Positions 1 to 13,433 of a stretch of DNA of 64,000 nucleotides are shown here, piece by piece. Each line of letters opens with the position of its first letter. The first letter of the stretch is position 1. A model generated the notes under the pieces. That model was given only the letters and a program-made list of their open reading frames with translations. It was not told where the DNA came from and did not search any database. Where the stretch lies: positions 60,698,001 through 60,762,000 of the forward strand of contig OZ024746.1 of assembly GCA_964016885.1 (NCBI GenBank), given 5' to 3'. This DNA comes from Eledone cirrhosa (taxonomy: Eukaryota). Position numbers and translations under genes: made by a program.

Positions 1-969
1 TCCTTGAGCAAGACACTTTATTTCACATTGCTCCAGTTTACTCAGCTGTAGAAATGAGATGATAGGGACTGGGGTCCCTATCATTCCACTGCAAAGTGGT
101 CGTGGAGGTGCCATGCAAAAAAAGCACCCAGCACTCACTGTAAATGAGGTTGGTGTTAGGAAGGACATCCAGCTGTAGAAATCAAGCCAGAATTAGTTCC
201 CGTCTCACCCTTGCAAGCAGGGAAAAAGCGGACGTAAAATGAAATGATGATGAAATGATGAGTGGAGTCAATTAATTTGACCCACCAATCTATTACTGGA
301 ACTTATTTTATTAATTACAGAAGGATGGCATGCCAAGTCGACTCTAGTGTCAATTGAAATCACAATATAAAGCAACATATCAAAATACCACCAGGCATTT
401 AATCAATTGCTCTGCTATTCACCAGCTTTAATATTTAGTTAAGGGCCGAAACACTTGCTTGAGGAGGAGTTTCTTACCACTAATAATGGTTTGATTTAAG
501 CATAAGGTCGACAATTTTTGGGGAGGGGAAAGTCGATTAAATTGAGCCCACTGCATTACTGGTACTTTATTGTATCAACCCCGTAAGGACGAAAGGCAAA
601 GCTAACCTCAGCAGGATTTGAACTTAGATCATAAAGACCCTATGCCATGAAGCATATTGTCCGACGCTCTACCAATACTGCCACCACTAATAATGATAAC
701 AATTAACACAATTTTATGTCTACTTTCCATGTTTGCATGAGTTGGACAAGTCGTTACAATGCAAGTTAGTTCTGATTCAAATTCAAAGTTACTGCCTTTC
801 TAGACAAGTCATATAAACATATCCCCTTCCTAATAATAACCACTTTAATAAAACATTGCCTAAAATAGGGACCCCACGAGTAAGATGCCTAACATACAGC
901 TTTACAAGGCTAACTCCTGCTTTAGCATGGAAAATAAACATAAAACACATTGTTGTGTATATATGAGAC

Positions 970-3900
970 AATCACTTGATCACCTATAGATCAGGGGAAC
1001 ACGCCAGTCAGATAGATTATATCCTTACCAGAAGACGTGATAGAGTGTCTGTTCTAAACACTAAATCCCTCCCCCATGAAGAATACACCTCCCAACATAG
1101 ACTCATAGTCAGGACAAGACGTACTCGACAACAGAGGAGGACTATCCTCAGGAGAAAAATATGGAAGCTAAAGAACTTCACAACCAGTAATAAATTTAAA
1201 AGCATATTACTTGATGCTTTCGACAGTAAGGAAGAGCAATTAGAGTCGTACAATATAGAGGAACAGTGGGAATTCCTGAAAGCTAACCTGCTGAAGGCGG
1301 CAGATGAAGTCTGTGGCTGGAGCAGGCCTATGGGCAGGAGGAGAGTAATGTGGTGGTGGAACAGTAATGTGGAGAAGTGAATTAAGGCCAAAAAGCAGGC
1401 TTGGAAAGTTTGGCGGGATGGGGGAAGTAGAGAAGACTATCAAGTGGCCAGGAGGGAAGCTAGGAGACAAGTGTACTTCGCAAGAAGGGAAGCAGAGGAA
1501 AGAAAGTTCAAGCATGTTCTACAACGCGAGGACCAAAAACATGAGGTGTTCAGGATTGCTAGGCAATGTGTCAAGGAAAACAGTGATATTGTCGGGGAGA
1601 AGTGTGTCCTTAATGATGATGGTGTACTTGCCATCACTGACGCTGATAAGAAGGTAGCTTGGAAGTGTCACTACGAAAGGCTACTAAATGAGGAGAATAA
1701 ACTCCCCCACATCGATCCAATAGAGGGACCAGCAGTGCTAGTTGAAGGTAGTATAATAAGTAAGGCAATCAAAGATATGAAGACGGGTAAAGCGGCTGGG
1801 CCTTCAGAAACAGTTGCTGAAATGCTGAAAGCATCTGGAACGGTGGGACACACTATGGTCACCCGGATAGTAAACCAAGTCATACAGAATGGGGCCGTTC
1901 CGAAGGATTGGCGTAGCAGCATCATCATTAACTGCTACAAGGGTAAAGGAGATGCCCTAGATAGGGGTAACTATAGAGGCATTAAATTAATCGACCAGGT
2001 CATGAAGGTCACAGAAAAAGTAATAGCGCAACTAATCAGAGAACGAATTGATCTAGATGAAATGCAGTTAGGGTTTGTGTCAGGTAAAAGTACCAGACGC
2101 TCTTTTCATTGTACGACAACTACAGGAGAAGTACCTAGCTAAAAGTAAACCCCTATACTTAGCTTTTGTTGACTTGGAGAAAGCCTTTGACAGTGTCCCC
2201 CGCTCTATTATCTGGTGGGCTATTAGAAAACTAGGTGTCGATGAATGGCTTGTGAGTGAGAGCTATACAAGCCATGTATAAAGAAACAGTCAGCAAGGTT
2301 AGAATTAACAACGAATATAGTGAAGAGGTTAGCGTAAAAGTTGGTGTTCATCGGGGCTCCGTTCTTAGGCCCCTACTATTTATTATTGCCCTTCAGGCTA
2401 TAACAGAGGAGTTCAAGACCGGCTGCCCATGGGAACTCCTATATGCAGATGATCTAACGCTCATAGCTGAATCAATGGCTGAACTAGAGAAGAAATTCCA
2501 AACATGGAAGCATGGCCTATAATCAAAAGGCCTTAAAGTTAACTTGTCTAAGACTAAAGTTCTAGTTTGTAGGAAGGAAAATAGGGCACCGGTCCCATCT
2601 GGGAAATGCCCATGCTCAGTGTGTAGGAAAGGAGTAGGCAGAAACTCCATTTTATGTCCCAAATGCAAAGTATGGGTGCATAAAAGATGTAGTGGGATCA
2701 CAGGTAAGCTAACTAAGAATATAGATTTTATATGTGGCCGGTGCTCTGGTGCAATAAGTAGCAGCAAGTGCCCACAGAATACTAGCTCATTCCATTGCAC
2801 AATGGTTCTACAGAAATAGTGGACAGCTTCCGTTACCTGGGCAACAAAATCAGCAGTGGGGGAGGGTGCTCTGAAATTACAGTAGCTAGAGTCAGAACGG
2901 GATGGAAAAAGTTCAGAGAGCTTATACCACTATTGGCGCTAAAGGGTTCTCTCTAAAAATGAAAGGCAGGCTGTATGATGCCTGCATACGAACAGCAATG
3001 TTACATGGCAGTGAGACCTGGGCATTGTGTGCAGAGGATATACGCAGACTGGAGAGAAACGAAGCTTGCATGCTCCGCTGGATGTGTAATAGTAATATAC
3101 ATGAACGGCAAAGCATAAATGACCTAAGGGAGAAATTAGGAATAAGAGGGATCAGATGTTGTTTACTCGAGAGAAGACTATGATGGTACGGTCACTTGAT
3201 GTGTATGAAAGACGACAGCTGTATAAAAAAGTGCAGGGCGATAAAAATAGACGGTAGCCACGGAGTAGGCAGACCCAGAAAAACCTGGGACGACTTGATA
3301 AATTCTGACCTCACACACTTACACCTCTCCAAGACAATGTCACTAGACCGAGATCTTTGGCGCTACACAGTTATACAGACGACCCACCTTGCCTAAGTAC
3401 AAAGCGAAACCTACAGTCAGTAGGCACCTCTAACAAAATACACCCCCGTCCCACTACCCCCTTAAATGTGAAGTTATGTTGGTACCATAACATCCAGTCC
3501 GAAACAAATGAGGTCGTGTAGGTGTCACGACAAAAAAACACACAGTCCACACTGTAATGTGGCCGTGTAGGTAACACGGTAAAAACCTCCCAGTCCACAC
3601 TGTAAACATGGTTGGTGTTGGGAAGGGCACCCAGCCGTAGAAAACCCGCTAGACGTGTAGGTGTCACGACAAAAAAACACACAGTCCACGGTGTAATGTG
3701 GCCGTGTAGGTAACACGGTAAAAACCTCCCAGTCCACACTGTAAACGTGGTTGGTGTTAGGAGGGGCATCCAGCCGTAGAAAACCCGCCAGACAGTCCTA
3801 TACGAGCAGGACAACCAATCTTGCCTCAAGTGGGAAAACTCCCGTCCAAACCCATGCAAGCGTGGAAGATGGACGTTAAACGATGATGATGATGATGATG
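970..3900 (+). mobile_element. RTE-clade LINE, 5'-truncated and frameshifted, in DDX55 intron 14 (antisense to gene)
   Basis: APE end (QIDYIL, SQHR), RT (NYRGIKL, FVDLEKAFD, LLYADDL), GRPRKTW, (GAT)n tail running into (TA)n. Confidence 0.93.
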
Positions 3901-4550
3901 ATATATATATATATATATGGTTATATTTTTCACTAAAGTACATCAGTGAAAAACCAGTGTTCCTGAAACAAGGTATTTTGTGAGAATAGAGTCCTTTACA
4001 CCAAGTTACAGACATAATCTCTTGTTACCCTTGCAATTAACAATACAGTGACCCAGTGGTTTGCTGGTTGGAACCCTACAACCAATGATATTATTGTTGA
4101 CAGATTGTGATATAAAATAAGATAATTAAATAAATAAAACTATGTTTATTCTTGAAGAGATTGTTCCTGTTTTCTTTCTAAAATAGCACGGGGTCCTCAC
4201 TACTCTATCATATCTCGGTCTGTTAATCCACCATTTTACAGAGTGTACTGGATGCATTTCATGGTGACACAAACACTAAAGAAGTGGTCAGTGCCAGAGG
4301 GCCCTCTCTACTCTACATTGTCAGGTCTGTTCACCTACCACTTTACAGAGTTTACTGGGTTTATATTATGGTGACACCAACACTAAAGAGGTTGTCAGTG
4401 TCAGAGGGTTCTCTCTCTCTATGTTGTCTAGTCTGTTCACCCACCACTTTACAAGATGGTGTGTACTGAGTATATTGAAACACAGAGGCTGTCTTGTCCA
4501 CTGCAGGTTTATTGCAATTATTTAAATCATAACAAGTAAATGAAACTCAC

Positions 4551-4626
4551 TCTTGGTTTGTATTTAGACTTCTTCTCAACTCCTTCTAGAATCTTCTGTT
4601 GTCTGATCTTTTCTTTATCTTTATTT
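4551..4626 (-). CDS. DDX55: DDX55 exon 14 (NKDKEKIRQQKILEGVEKKSKYKPR); gene continues beyond window start
   Basis: AG/GTGAG; 76 nt; no stop codon, and no further exon recognised in 1-4550. Confidence 0.88.
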
Positions 4627-5399
4627 CTGATAAACAAACAAATAAATAAATGATATATGAAACAAAAAAAAAACAGAATTAGGAAGGGATGTATTCATAC
4701 ATGCACATGTATTGATATGTACAAAAACTATACTGTATGGACAAGACATGACCACCTGACCTAGCATTGCCAACAATAGGACAACTCGTCTAACCCATGC
4801 TAGTGTGGAAAATGGATGTAAAACAGTGATCATGATGTACAAAATACATTTGGAGTGGGTTTAGTAAGTCAGCTCAATTCTTTATTATTAAGCTGGTGCT
4901 TGTAACATAAAATATTCTTAAGTAAAATTATAAGTTTTAATTTAAATAAAAACAATTAAAAACAAACAATTATGTATGATAAAGCAAGTGGAGGTTTTAG
5001 GTGGTTAGTGTCGAAAATATTTAACAAACTCCAGCCAGGAGTAATGCTCTACATTCTGTTTAACTATAATAGTTTCAGCCACCCATGTGTAGACTCCTAG
5101 TCATATAATATTCAATTTAAACAATTCTGCACTTTGTTCCATTTAAACAACCTGACCATGCCAACATTATCATTATCATCATCACTGTTTAACGTCTATT
5201 TTCCATGCTTACATGGGTTAGATGGCTATCGTGTGCTCACACCTGACTGATCCTGTGATTAGGCCCTGCTCATGCTTTTTATTTTGGCTTGATTTCTATG
5301 GCTGGATGCCTTTCCTAATGCCGACCACTTTTAAACTGTACTGAGAGTATGGTTTTTATGGCTGGATATCCTTCCTAACACCAACCATTTTACAGAGTG

Positions 5400-5945
5400 T
5401 ACTGTGAACATTTTATCGTGATACCAGCAGTACCACCTTACCGGGTGAATAAGGTGCTTTTATTGTGACACCAGCACTACCACCTTACAGGATGGACAGG
5501 GTGCTTTTATTGGAGCACCAGCACTACCACCTTGCAGGATGGACAGGGTGCTTTTATTGTGACACCAGCACTACCACCTTACAGGGTGGACAGGGTGCTT
5601 TTATTGGAGCACCAGCACTACCACCTTACAGGGTGGACAGGGTGCTTTTCTTGAGGCACCAACACTACCACCTTACAAGGTGGACAGGGTGCTTTTATTG
5701 TGGCACCAGCACTACAACCTCACAGGGTGGACAGGGTGTTTTTATTGTGGCACCAGTACTACCACCTTAAAGGGTGAACAGGGTGCCTTTATCATGACAC
5801 TAGCACTACCACCTTAAAGCGTGGACAGAGTGCCTTTATTGTGATACCAGCACTACCACCTTACAGAGTGGATAGGGTACTTTTATCATGACACCAACAC
5901 TTCACTTTACAGGGTGAATAGGGTACCTTTATTGTGACACCAGCC
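5400..5945. repeat. 47-bp minisatellite (about 11 units)
   Basis: Unit GTGCTTTTATTGTGACACCAGCACTACCACCTTACAGGGTGGACAGG. Confidence 0.93.
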
Positions 5946-6000
5946 AACATCAAACACAATCCACAACAGGAATACATCAAGCAAGAAAGTTAATACTTAC

Positions 6001-6127
6001 AAGAATGGAATTGAGTTTATGTCAACAGTCGATGGTGTGAAGTTTTCTATTTTCTTTCCTTTTAATTCAGGCATGTGTGGAATTTTTAGGAGGCCAAAGC
6101 CTGTTGCCAAACGACCAAAATCAAGAT
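6001..6127 (-). CDS. DDX55: DDX55 exon 13 (DLDFGRLATGFGLLKIPHMPELKGKKIENFTPSTVDINSIPF)
   Basis: LATGFGLLKIPHMPEL motif; AG/GT; 127 nt. Confidence 0.95.
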
Positions 6128-6176
6128 CTGTATAATAAGTAAATTATGAAACAAATGAACATTATATAAATATAAG

Positions 6177-6668
6177 GAACAGCAATGTTACATGGCAGTG
6201 AGACCTGGGCATTGTGTGCAGAGGATATACGCAGACTGGAGAGAAACGAAGCTTGCATGCTCCGCTGGATGTGTAATAGTAATATACTTGAACGGCAAAG
6301 CATAAATGAACTAAGGGAGAAATTAGGAATAAGAGGGATCAGATGTTGTTTACTCGAAAGAAGACTATGTTGGTACGGTCATGTGATGCGCATGAAAGAG
6401 GACAGCTGTATAAAAAAGTGCAGGGCAATAAAAATAGACGGTAGCCACGGAGTAGGCAGACCCAGAAAAACCTGAGACGACTTGATAAATTCTGACCTCA
6501 CACACTTACACCTCTCCAAGACAATGTCACTGGACCGAGATCTTTGGCGCTACACAGTCATACAGAAGACCCGCCTTGCCTAAGTACAAAGCGAAACCTA
6601 CAGTCAGTAGGCACCTCTAACAAAATATGCAAGCGTGGAAGATGGACGTTAAACGATGATGATGATGA
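6177..6668 (+). mobile_element. RTE LINE 3' fragment, near-identical to about 2990-3440 but lacking most of the 3' UTR
   Basis: MLHGSETWAL...GRPRKT and (GAT)n tail. Confidence 0.92.
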
Positions 6669-8584
6669 AGGTGGAAGTAGATAAGGTATAGAAAGACAGA
6701 GAGGGAATTAATTATGCAAAGAGGGGACAAAAGGAAAGAGAGACAGCAAGTGAAAACTGATCACTCACTTCAGCTGACACAAATAACAGGTATAATAGAG
6801 AGATGGCTTCATCACTGAGCTGCTGCATCAACATTCTCATTGTGACTGAAACAAAACAACTTGTCTTACGAGACAGATAAATGCCAATGAATGCATATCT
6901 ACAATACACTCCAGGAAAATAATTTGGCATATATGTCTGAATGTTCACCATGTTGTTAGGACATTGGAGAAATAGACAGGAGGTCAAAGTTTCATATCCT
7001 CACACTGGTTTTACATCTGTCATCATTTAACATCTAGTAAAGTTGGGATGGTTCTTTACAGACCAAGTCAGAACTCAAGTTGAGCTACTCACCTTTCAGA
7101 TGATCCAGGAGTCTGCATCTCACAATAGATCCCACGTTCTACTGAGTGCATTTCTATTGTGGTACCAACACTAGGGAGGCTGTCATGTCTTCCCAACCCT
7201 TTAGCAGAGTGTACTGGGTGTGTTTATCATATAGATCACCAACAGTAGGAAGGTTGTCGGGTCTCTGATACAACTGAGAGCCCTTCTCACCCTTTGTTTG
7301 GCAAGCCTTCTATGGCTGGATGGAAGCCAATTCACCACCTTGAGAAAATTGTTGCAGCTTTGAATTAAATGCTTTGTAGTATTTATTCTAGCTCTCTATG
7401 CCCTGACTTAAAATCCAACCAGAGTCAACTTTGTTTTTCATCTTTTCAGTCTCGATAAATAAAATACCAGTCTAAGGGTGGCTTTTTGAATTACAAGTAT
7501 ACTTCATCTGACAGGTTTCCAATCATTTTCCATCTACCTAGTTTCACTCACAAGGCAAGGGTCGATCCAAAGCTGTGGTAAATGATACTTGCTCTAGATG
7601 CCACACAGTGGGATTGAACTTAGGACCTGACGATTGTGAAGTGAACTTCTGAACCATTTGGCCATGGTACATCCACAAATGGGAAGTAAACCTTACATAA
7701 ATAAATGTTTGTGGGTCAGAAGAGATTATCTTAGTCATATCTTTTAATCCATTAGCATTTAAACTGGCCATATCTGGCCAGAATTCTCTCACCTCTTTCC
7801 GTTCAAACTGGCTGCTCATACTTAATTAAGTTAAGGTATTGTTCTCAATATAAATAATAGATTCAATATCATGTGAGATAATTATGTGAGGTAAAGCCTT
7901 TACTGTGAAAATATAATAGTAAATATAGAGTAATCATCATCATCAACGTTTAACGTCTATCTTCCACGCTAGCATGGGTTTAGACAGGAATTGTCCTACT
8001 TGAGGCAAGATTGGTCGGGTGACCATGTCTCGAATGTTTTCTACGGCTGGATGCCCTTACTAACACCAACCTAATATGAATGCTAAAGGGTTAATTCTAA
8101 TTCTTTTAGTGAAATCACATATACAATTTGATTTAGACCAATATTTGAACATCCTGAAAAGATTACCTTATTTTAGTTAAACAGTAACAGATACAAAGAT
8201 AAATAAATTGCTTTACAGTGAACAGGCATTTAAGTCAGCCCAATTCTTTTAAATATCAATATAAGAAATAAAGCCATTTATTTATTTAACCCTTTAGCAT
8301 TTACATTACTCTATATACACTATTGTATATTCATGGTAAAGGCTTTATCTTACATAATATCAAATCTACGAGATTTTAATATTATTTATTTTGAGGACAA
8401 TACCTATCATCAGTATGAGTGGCCAGTTACGATCGGTTTGAACAGAAAGAGATGAGAGAAATCAGGCCGGATATGGCCAGTTTAAATGCTAAAGGATTAA
8501 TAATAATAATAAAAATAAAAATAATAAATCAGTTGTTGAAACAACCTGAGGTGAGAAGGGAAACAGAATGTTTAACAAACTCAC

Positions 8585-8673
8585 CTTTAGTCCGGAATAT
8601 CATACTACATTCATGTTTGGCATAAGCTTGGACAGAGGAAACATAAGCTCTCACACTCTTGTCATAAAAAGAT
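8585..8673 (-). CDS. DDX55: DDX55 exon 12 (SFYDKSVRAYVSSVQAYAKHECSMIFRTK)
   Basis: VQAYAKHEC C-terminal extension motif; AG/GT; 89 nt. Confidence 0.95.
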
Positions 8674-9604
8674 CTATGTAAAAGAATAGAATATTAAACG
8701 TTTTTTTTACTATTTTTCTTTTTTTATGTTAGCATGGAGACTGGAAAAAAGATCTATGCAAAAGAACAAAATATTAAAAATTTTTTTTTTAGTTTTACTT
8801 CAGTTTTTCTGTTAGCATGGAGGCAGGAAGATTCTTGGAATAAACTGAATGCAATTTTCACTATCAACTAAACTATTCAGTACAATTCTTTCTGTGATTA
8901 GGTGAGTGAAGAATGCTGATCTGAAGGGAATGAGGGCGGGGGGTCTGGGATGGGTGTAGAAGGTGAATCAGAGAAGATCTACCTTAGTTAGCCACATTGG
9001 TTGGCATGAGTTGCACAAGAAGTATGAGTGGGTGAGGACTAATGGGTGGGGATGGGGGTAGATGGAGAAATGATGAGAATACTGGCAGGCAGGAACCTTT
9101 ATGTTCTTTGGGTTTAAGGTGGAGGGAAGGTAACATACACAGTTTCCGGCTAACTCTACGTAAGAAGAACAAAGTTTAATACAAAGCAGACAAGACTCTT
9201 TAGTCCTGCAGCAAACAACCTCTCTAAAGTTAGCTGCATGATAAAATACACCCAGTCCACATAGTTGAAGATAAAAAAAAGTGTCCAATAATTAAAACTA
9301 TGCTTAAAACATGACATAACAGTGATGCAATCATCACTGTTATGTGTATGTACTGTTTCTGTATTGCTGTGTGTGCCAAAATGATCAGGATCAGAGATGA
9401 GCAACAAGATGACCAGGATCACAGATGGATGATGAGATGATGAGGATCACAGATGGGTGATGAGATGATCAGGATCAAGATCACAAATGAATGACAAGAT
9501 GCTGTGACACCTGTTCAACCTATGTGACTAGGATCACAGATGAGTGACAAGATCCTGTGAGACATGTCCAACCTTTGCCAACATGAAAAAATGGAATTGC
9601 TTAC

Positions 9605-9684
9605 CTGTCCTTTTCACAGAGCTTTTTCAGGTTATTGACGGCTGGAGAAACATTATCAACTTTGGAAAATAGTTGCATTGGAAC
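9605..9684 (-). CDS. DDX55: DDX55 exon 11 (VPMQLFSKVDNVSPAVNNLKKLCEKDR)
   Basis: AG/GTAAG boundaries; 80 nt bridges the phases of exons 10 and 12. Confidence 0.9.
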
Positions 9685-10329
9685 CTGGAAAAAGACAGGA
9701 AACTATGTAGATTCAGAGACAAGGAATGTCCTTGATATTAAATATTACTGCCAATATCAAGCAGTGCAAAGTAGGAGTTCTGGAAAGCAGATCCAAAATT
9801 TGGTTTTGAATCTAAATTAGACTAGTCATGCTGAGGCACTCACTATCTATAGAAGCCTGTCATGTAGATGACAATGTGTTGATGTCTCATAACTCAGTGG
9901 TTCAGCAGAGATTGATAAGATCAATAAAATAAGTACTGGTGTCAATATGACTAACAAAATCCCTTTAACCCTTTAGTATTTAAACCAATCAGCCATATCC
10001 GACCAGAATTCTCTCACCTCTAAATAGCTGTAACTGGCTGCTCATACTGAAATTTAGGTATTGTTCTCAAAACAAATAATATCAAAATCTCATAGAATCG
10101 ATATTATGTGAGATAAAGCCTTTTCTGTGAAAATACAATAGTAAATATAGAGTAATCTTAATGCTTTTAGCAAAATCTCGTAGATTTAATATTATTTGAC
10201 ATAATTATGTAAGAGGGTCTCAGTATGACTGCAGTCCAATGAGTGAAACCAGTGTTTAAAAATAAAAGTATGTAACAGCTCGTTCATTTCAATATCCTCC
10301 TCCCCCCTTTAATATTTATAAATACTGAC

Positions 10330-10444
10330 CTTTTGGTTCATAGCTATAAATTCAATATAAGCATCTTCACTTGGTGTCAGCAACACCAGACTATTTCCTG
10401 TATTACCAATGCGAGCAGTTCTTCCACTGCGATGGACAAAGGCG
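10330..10444 (-). CDS. DDX55: DDX55 exon 10 ([38 protein letters not shown])
   Basis: Motif [10 protein letters not shown]; AG/GT; 115 nt. Confidence 0.96.
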
Positions 10445-12241
10445 CTGGAGAGAGATAGAGAGAGAGAAGATAAAATAGACAATTATCACATTCAATGTGG
10501 CACTGATATCATTTATCTGTGTTTAACATTATTCTCACAGTGCATTATCAAACTTGTAGTGGAGTGGCTGAAATATCAAACTGGTGAACTAAATACCTAA
10601 CAACAGTCAGTTATTATTATTATTATCAATAGGGCGGCAGATTGGCAGTATTGGTAGAGCATCGGACACTATGCTTTGCAGCATAGTTATGACCCTTTAC
10701 TCTCTCCTCAACTTGCTGGTTTTGTGCCTAAATTAGAAACCATTAATAGCAATGATTAACAGAAAAAATAACTTGTGGTACTGTGTTACGTCTGAATATT
10801 TAGATTCATGAAAATAAAATACGAAAAAAGATAAGGTGTTAACTTAATACTTCCTTCAAGCTACTATACTCTGATATTTTCCTCATCAATCTGGCTAGAG
10901 GATTAACCCTTTAGCATTTAAACTGGCCATATCCGGCCAGAGTTCCCTCACCCCTTTCTGTTTAAACTGGCTGTAACTGTGGCCACTCATATTGATGTTA
11001 AGGTATTGTTCTCAAAATAAATAACATCAAAATATTATAGATTCGATACTATGTGAGACAATAATGTGAGCTAAAGTCTTTACCGTGAAAATATAATAGT
11101 ATATATAGACTAATGTAAATGATAAAGGGTTAAAGATATAAAGATGGGCTATGATTTGCTTGACACTTGTGAGGGGAAGGGTTTGTCATTTGTCATTTTT
11201 TTTTTCTCCATTCTACATTGTTATAAAACTTCTACATGGTCATTTGACCTGCTAGAAATATTAACTGAATCTTCCTCAAATTCCACTCCACCATTTCAGA
11301 AAAGAACATATTTAGATGATGTAATCTTGAGATCACTGTGCACAGGGAAAATATGTTAGCCAGTTAAATGTATGGGTCTGCTTGATTAGAGTTGACCTAA
11401 ACAACAACTTAAATAACTGCACAAAAGAACTTATAGTAAATGTCTAAATTTGAAAACTAGTTTTCAGTATATCTGTAAGGAAGAAACAAATATATACTGA
11501 AGAGAAGATAAAAACAAATGAACTTTCTGTAGTTCAATTAAATCAACTGCATCAAGATTTTGTACAAATATTTAAATTTTTAAACAGGTCCAAACTATAA
11601 CAGTATAACAAAATATAAAATTGCAGAAAAGAAAAAGAAAAAATGAAATTTCTACATTGCATTTCATTCTTGGTAACAGTATCAACTTAATATGAAAGCA
11701 TATATGGAAAAGGCATAAATTGAAAAAAAAAAAATATATATATATATATGGCCAGCTTAGAAGACAAACAAACTGAAAGAGAAAAAAATCCAGAGAATGA
11801 AAGCAAAAACACAATTGAACTATCATCATCATCGTTTAATGTCAGGTTTTCCTACTAGCAAGAGTTGGATGGGTTGTCAGTAGACCAAGTTAGAACTCAA
11901 AGTAGAGGTAGTTACCGCAGGGTGGGTTGGAAGCCTACATCTAAAATTCATGCACCTTACTCAGTGGCAACATAACAACATAATTCAATCTAGCCATTTC
12001 TTATAAAGAATTTGTTAACTAAATCAAACTCTCACATGGAAGGAATAAGTAAAAAAAAAAAGAGACACTAAAAAACAAAGGAACTCTTTCTATAATGTTT
12101 TTCCAGTTAGCCAACTGCACAAGATACTTACAGAAAAATGTTTATATTTGTAAACTGGTCTGAACAAGGAAGAAAATTAAAATAAAATAAAGAAAAAAAG
12201 AAATCAAAAATAAAAGAAACAAAAATGAATATAGAAAATAC

Positions 12242-12334
12242 CTGGCTGCATTTGGTGGGTCATACTGAAATACCCAGTGAACTTCAGGTACATCAACACC
12301 ACGAGCCATCACATCAGTACATATCAGGACTCCA
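12242..12334 (-). CDS. DDX55: DDX55 exon 9 ([31 protein letters not shown])
   Basis: Motif V [11 protein letters not shown]/GT; 93 nt. Confidence 0.96.
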
Positions 12335-13433
12335 CTTGAAGAATGGAAAAGAAAAAAGAAAGCAATTTATAGCATGAATTGGAAAATTCAGAAATAAAAC
12401 AGTTTTTCTTAAATGGGAGGCACAAAACTTCAAATTTATAAGAACGAGAGAAATTATGTGACAGTCATGCTTTACTCAATAGAATTAGCAGTCGAAACAA
12501 AGTGACACAAGCTTGCCGACTTGGCTTACAGGGAGCTTACCATTTATTTATTAGAAAGACTTCAGAATTACAGAAGGGAGAATAAATGAAATTATGTGAG
12601 AATCAAAGTCAATAATGTAAGAGAAATGAAAAGTTTGTATGAATGTAGGAATTGAAACCAAGTTTGTCAACTCTGTTTTCTAAGAGTAGTTGAGGTAGAC
12701 TAGGCTGTTGTTCACTGTTGTGTAGACTGATGTAAGACCTGATCCAACTGACCAATTATCAAAGGAGTTTCACTCATTTTTTGTCTTTCAGACAATGTAT
12801 TGAGGGCTACATTACCCAATGTGTCATTACATTTTTACAAGATGATCTGTGTGTGACTTGAGAGATTTAGCTATCAGGTGGAACAACAGTACAGAAATTC
12901 CTTTGTCAGATTGTTGATGCACAATGGACCCAATTCCTAAAGAATTCCTTTATAGACAGCTTGGAATGACAATAAAGTAGCATAAATGAAAGTATGTTAG
13001 CTTACAATATTGAGTTTCATCAATTTGGATTCTGAGTTTAACTCTTTAGCATTTACATTAATCTATATTTACTATTGTATTTTCATGGTAAACGCTTTAC
13101 CTCACATAATATCGAAGTTACGAGATTTTGATGTTATTTATTTTGAGAACAATACCTGAACATAAGTATGAATGGCTGGTTACGGCCGGTTTGAACAGAG
13201 AGTGGTGAGAGAATTCTGGCCAGATACGACCGGTTTAAATGCTAAAGGGTTAAATTCTGCCATATTGGTCTTAGCCTTTCTTCATTCATCCAGAGATGAT
13301 AAAAGAAGTATTAGGCATCTAGACAAGTCTATTCATTTGACTACACCCCTTACAAATTTAAGGCTTTGTGTCAATACAAGAAATCATCATTATTGATATG
13401 ACTGAAGAGAGTGGAGTAACAGAAATTGTAGAA

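Noticed and set aside
1-4550. Terminal DDX55 exon(s)
   Set aside because: No Lys-rich C-terminal exon recognised; the region is SINE/RTE sequence, so the gene end probably lies outside the window
6760-6822. Box C/D snoRNA on the minus strand (GTGATGA...CTGA with short terminal stem)
   Set aside because: Only about 46 nt from C to D, no clear internal boxes, and the short rRNA-like complement is not properly positioned
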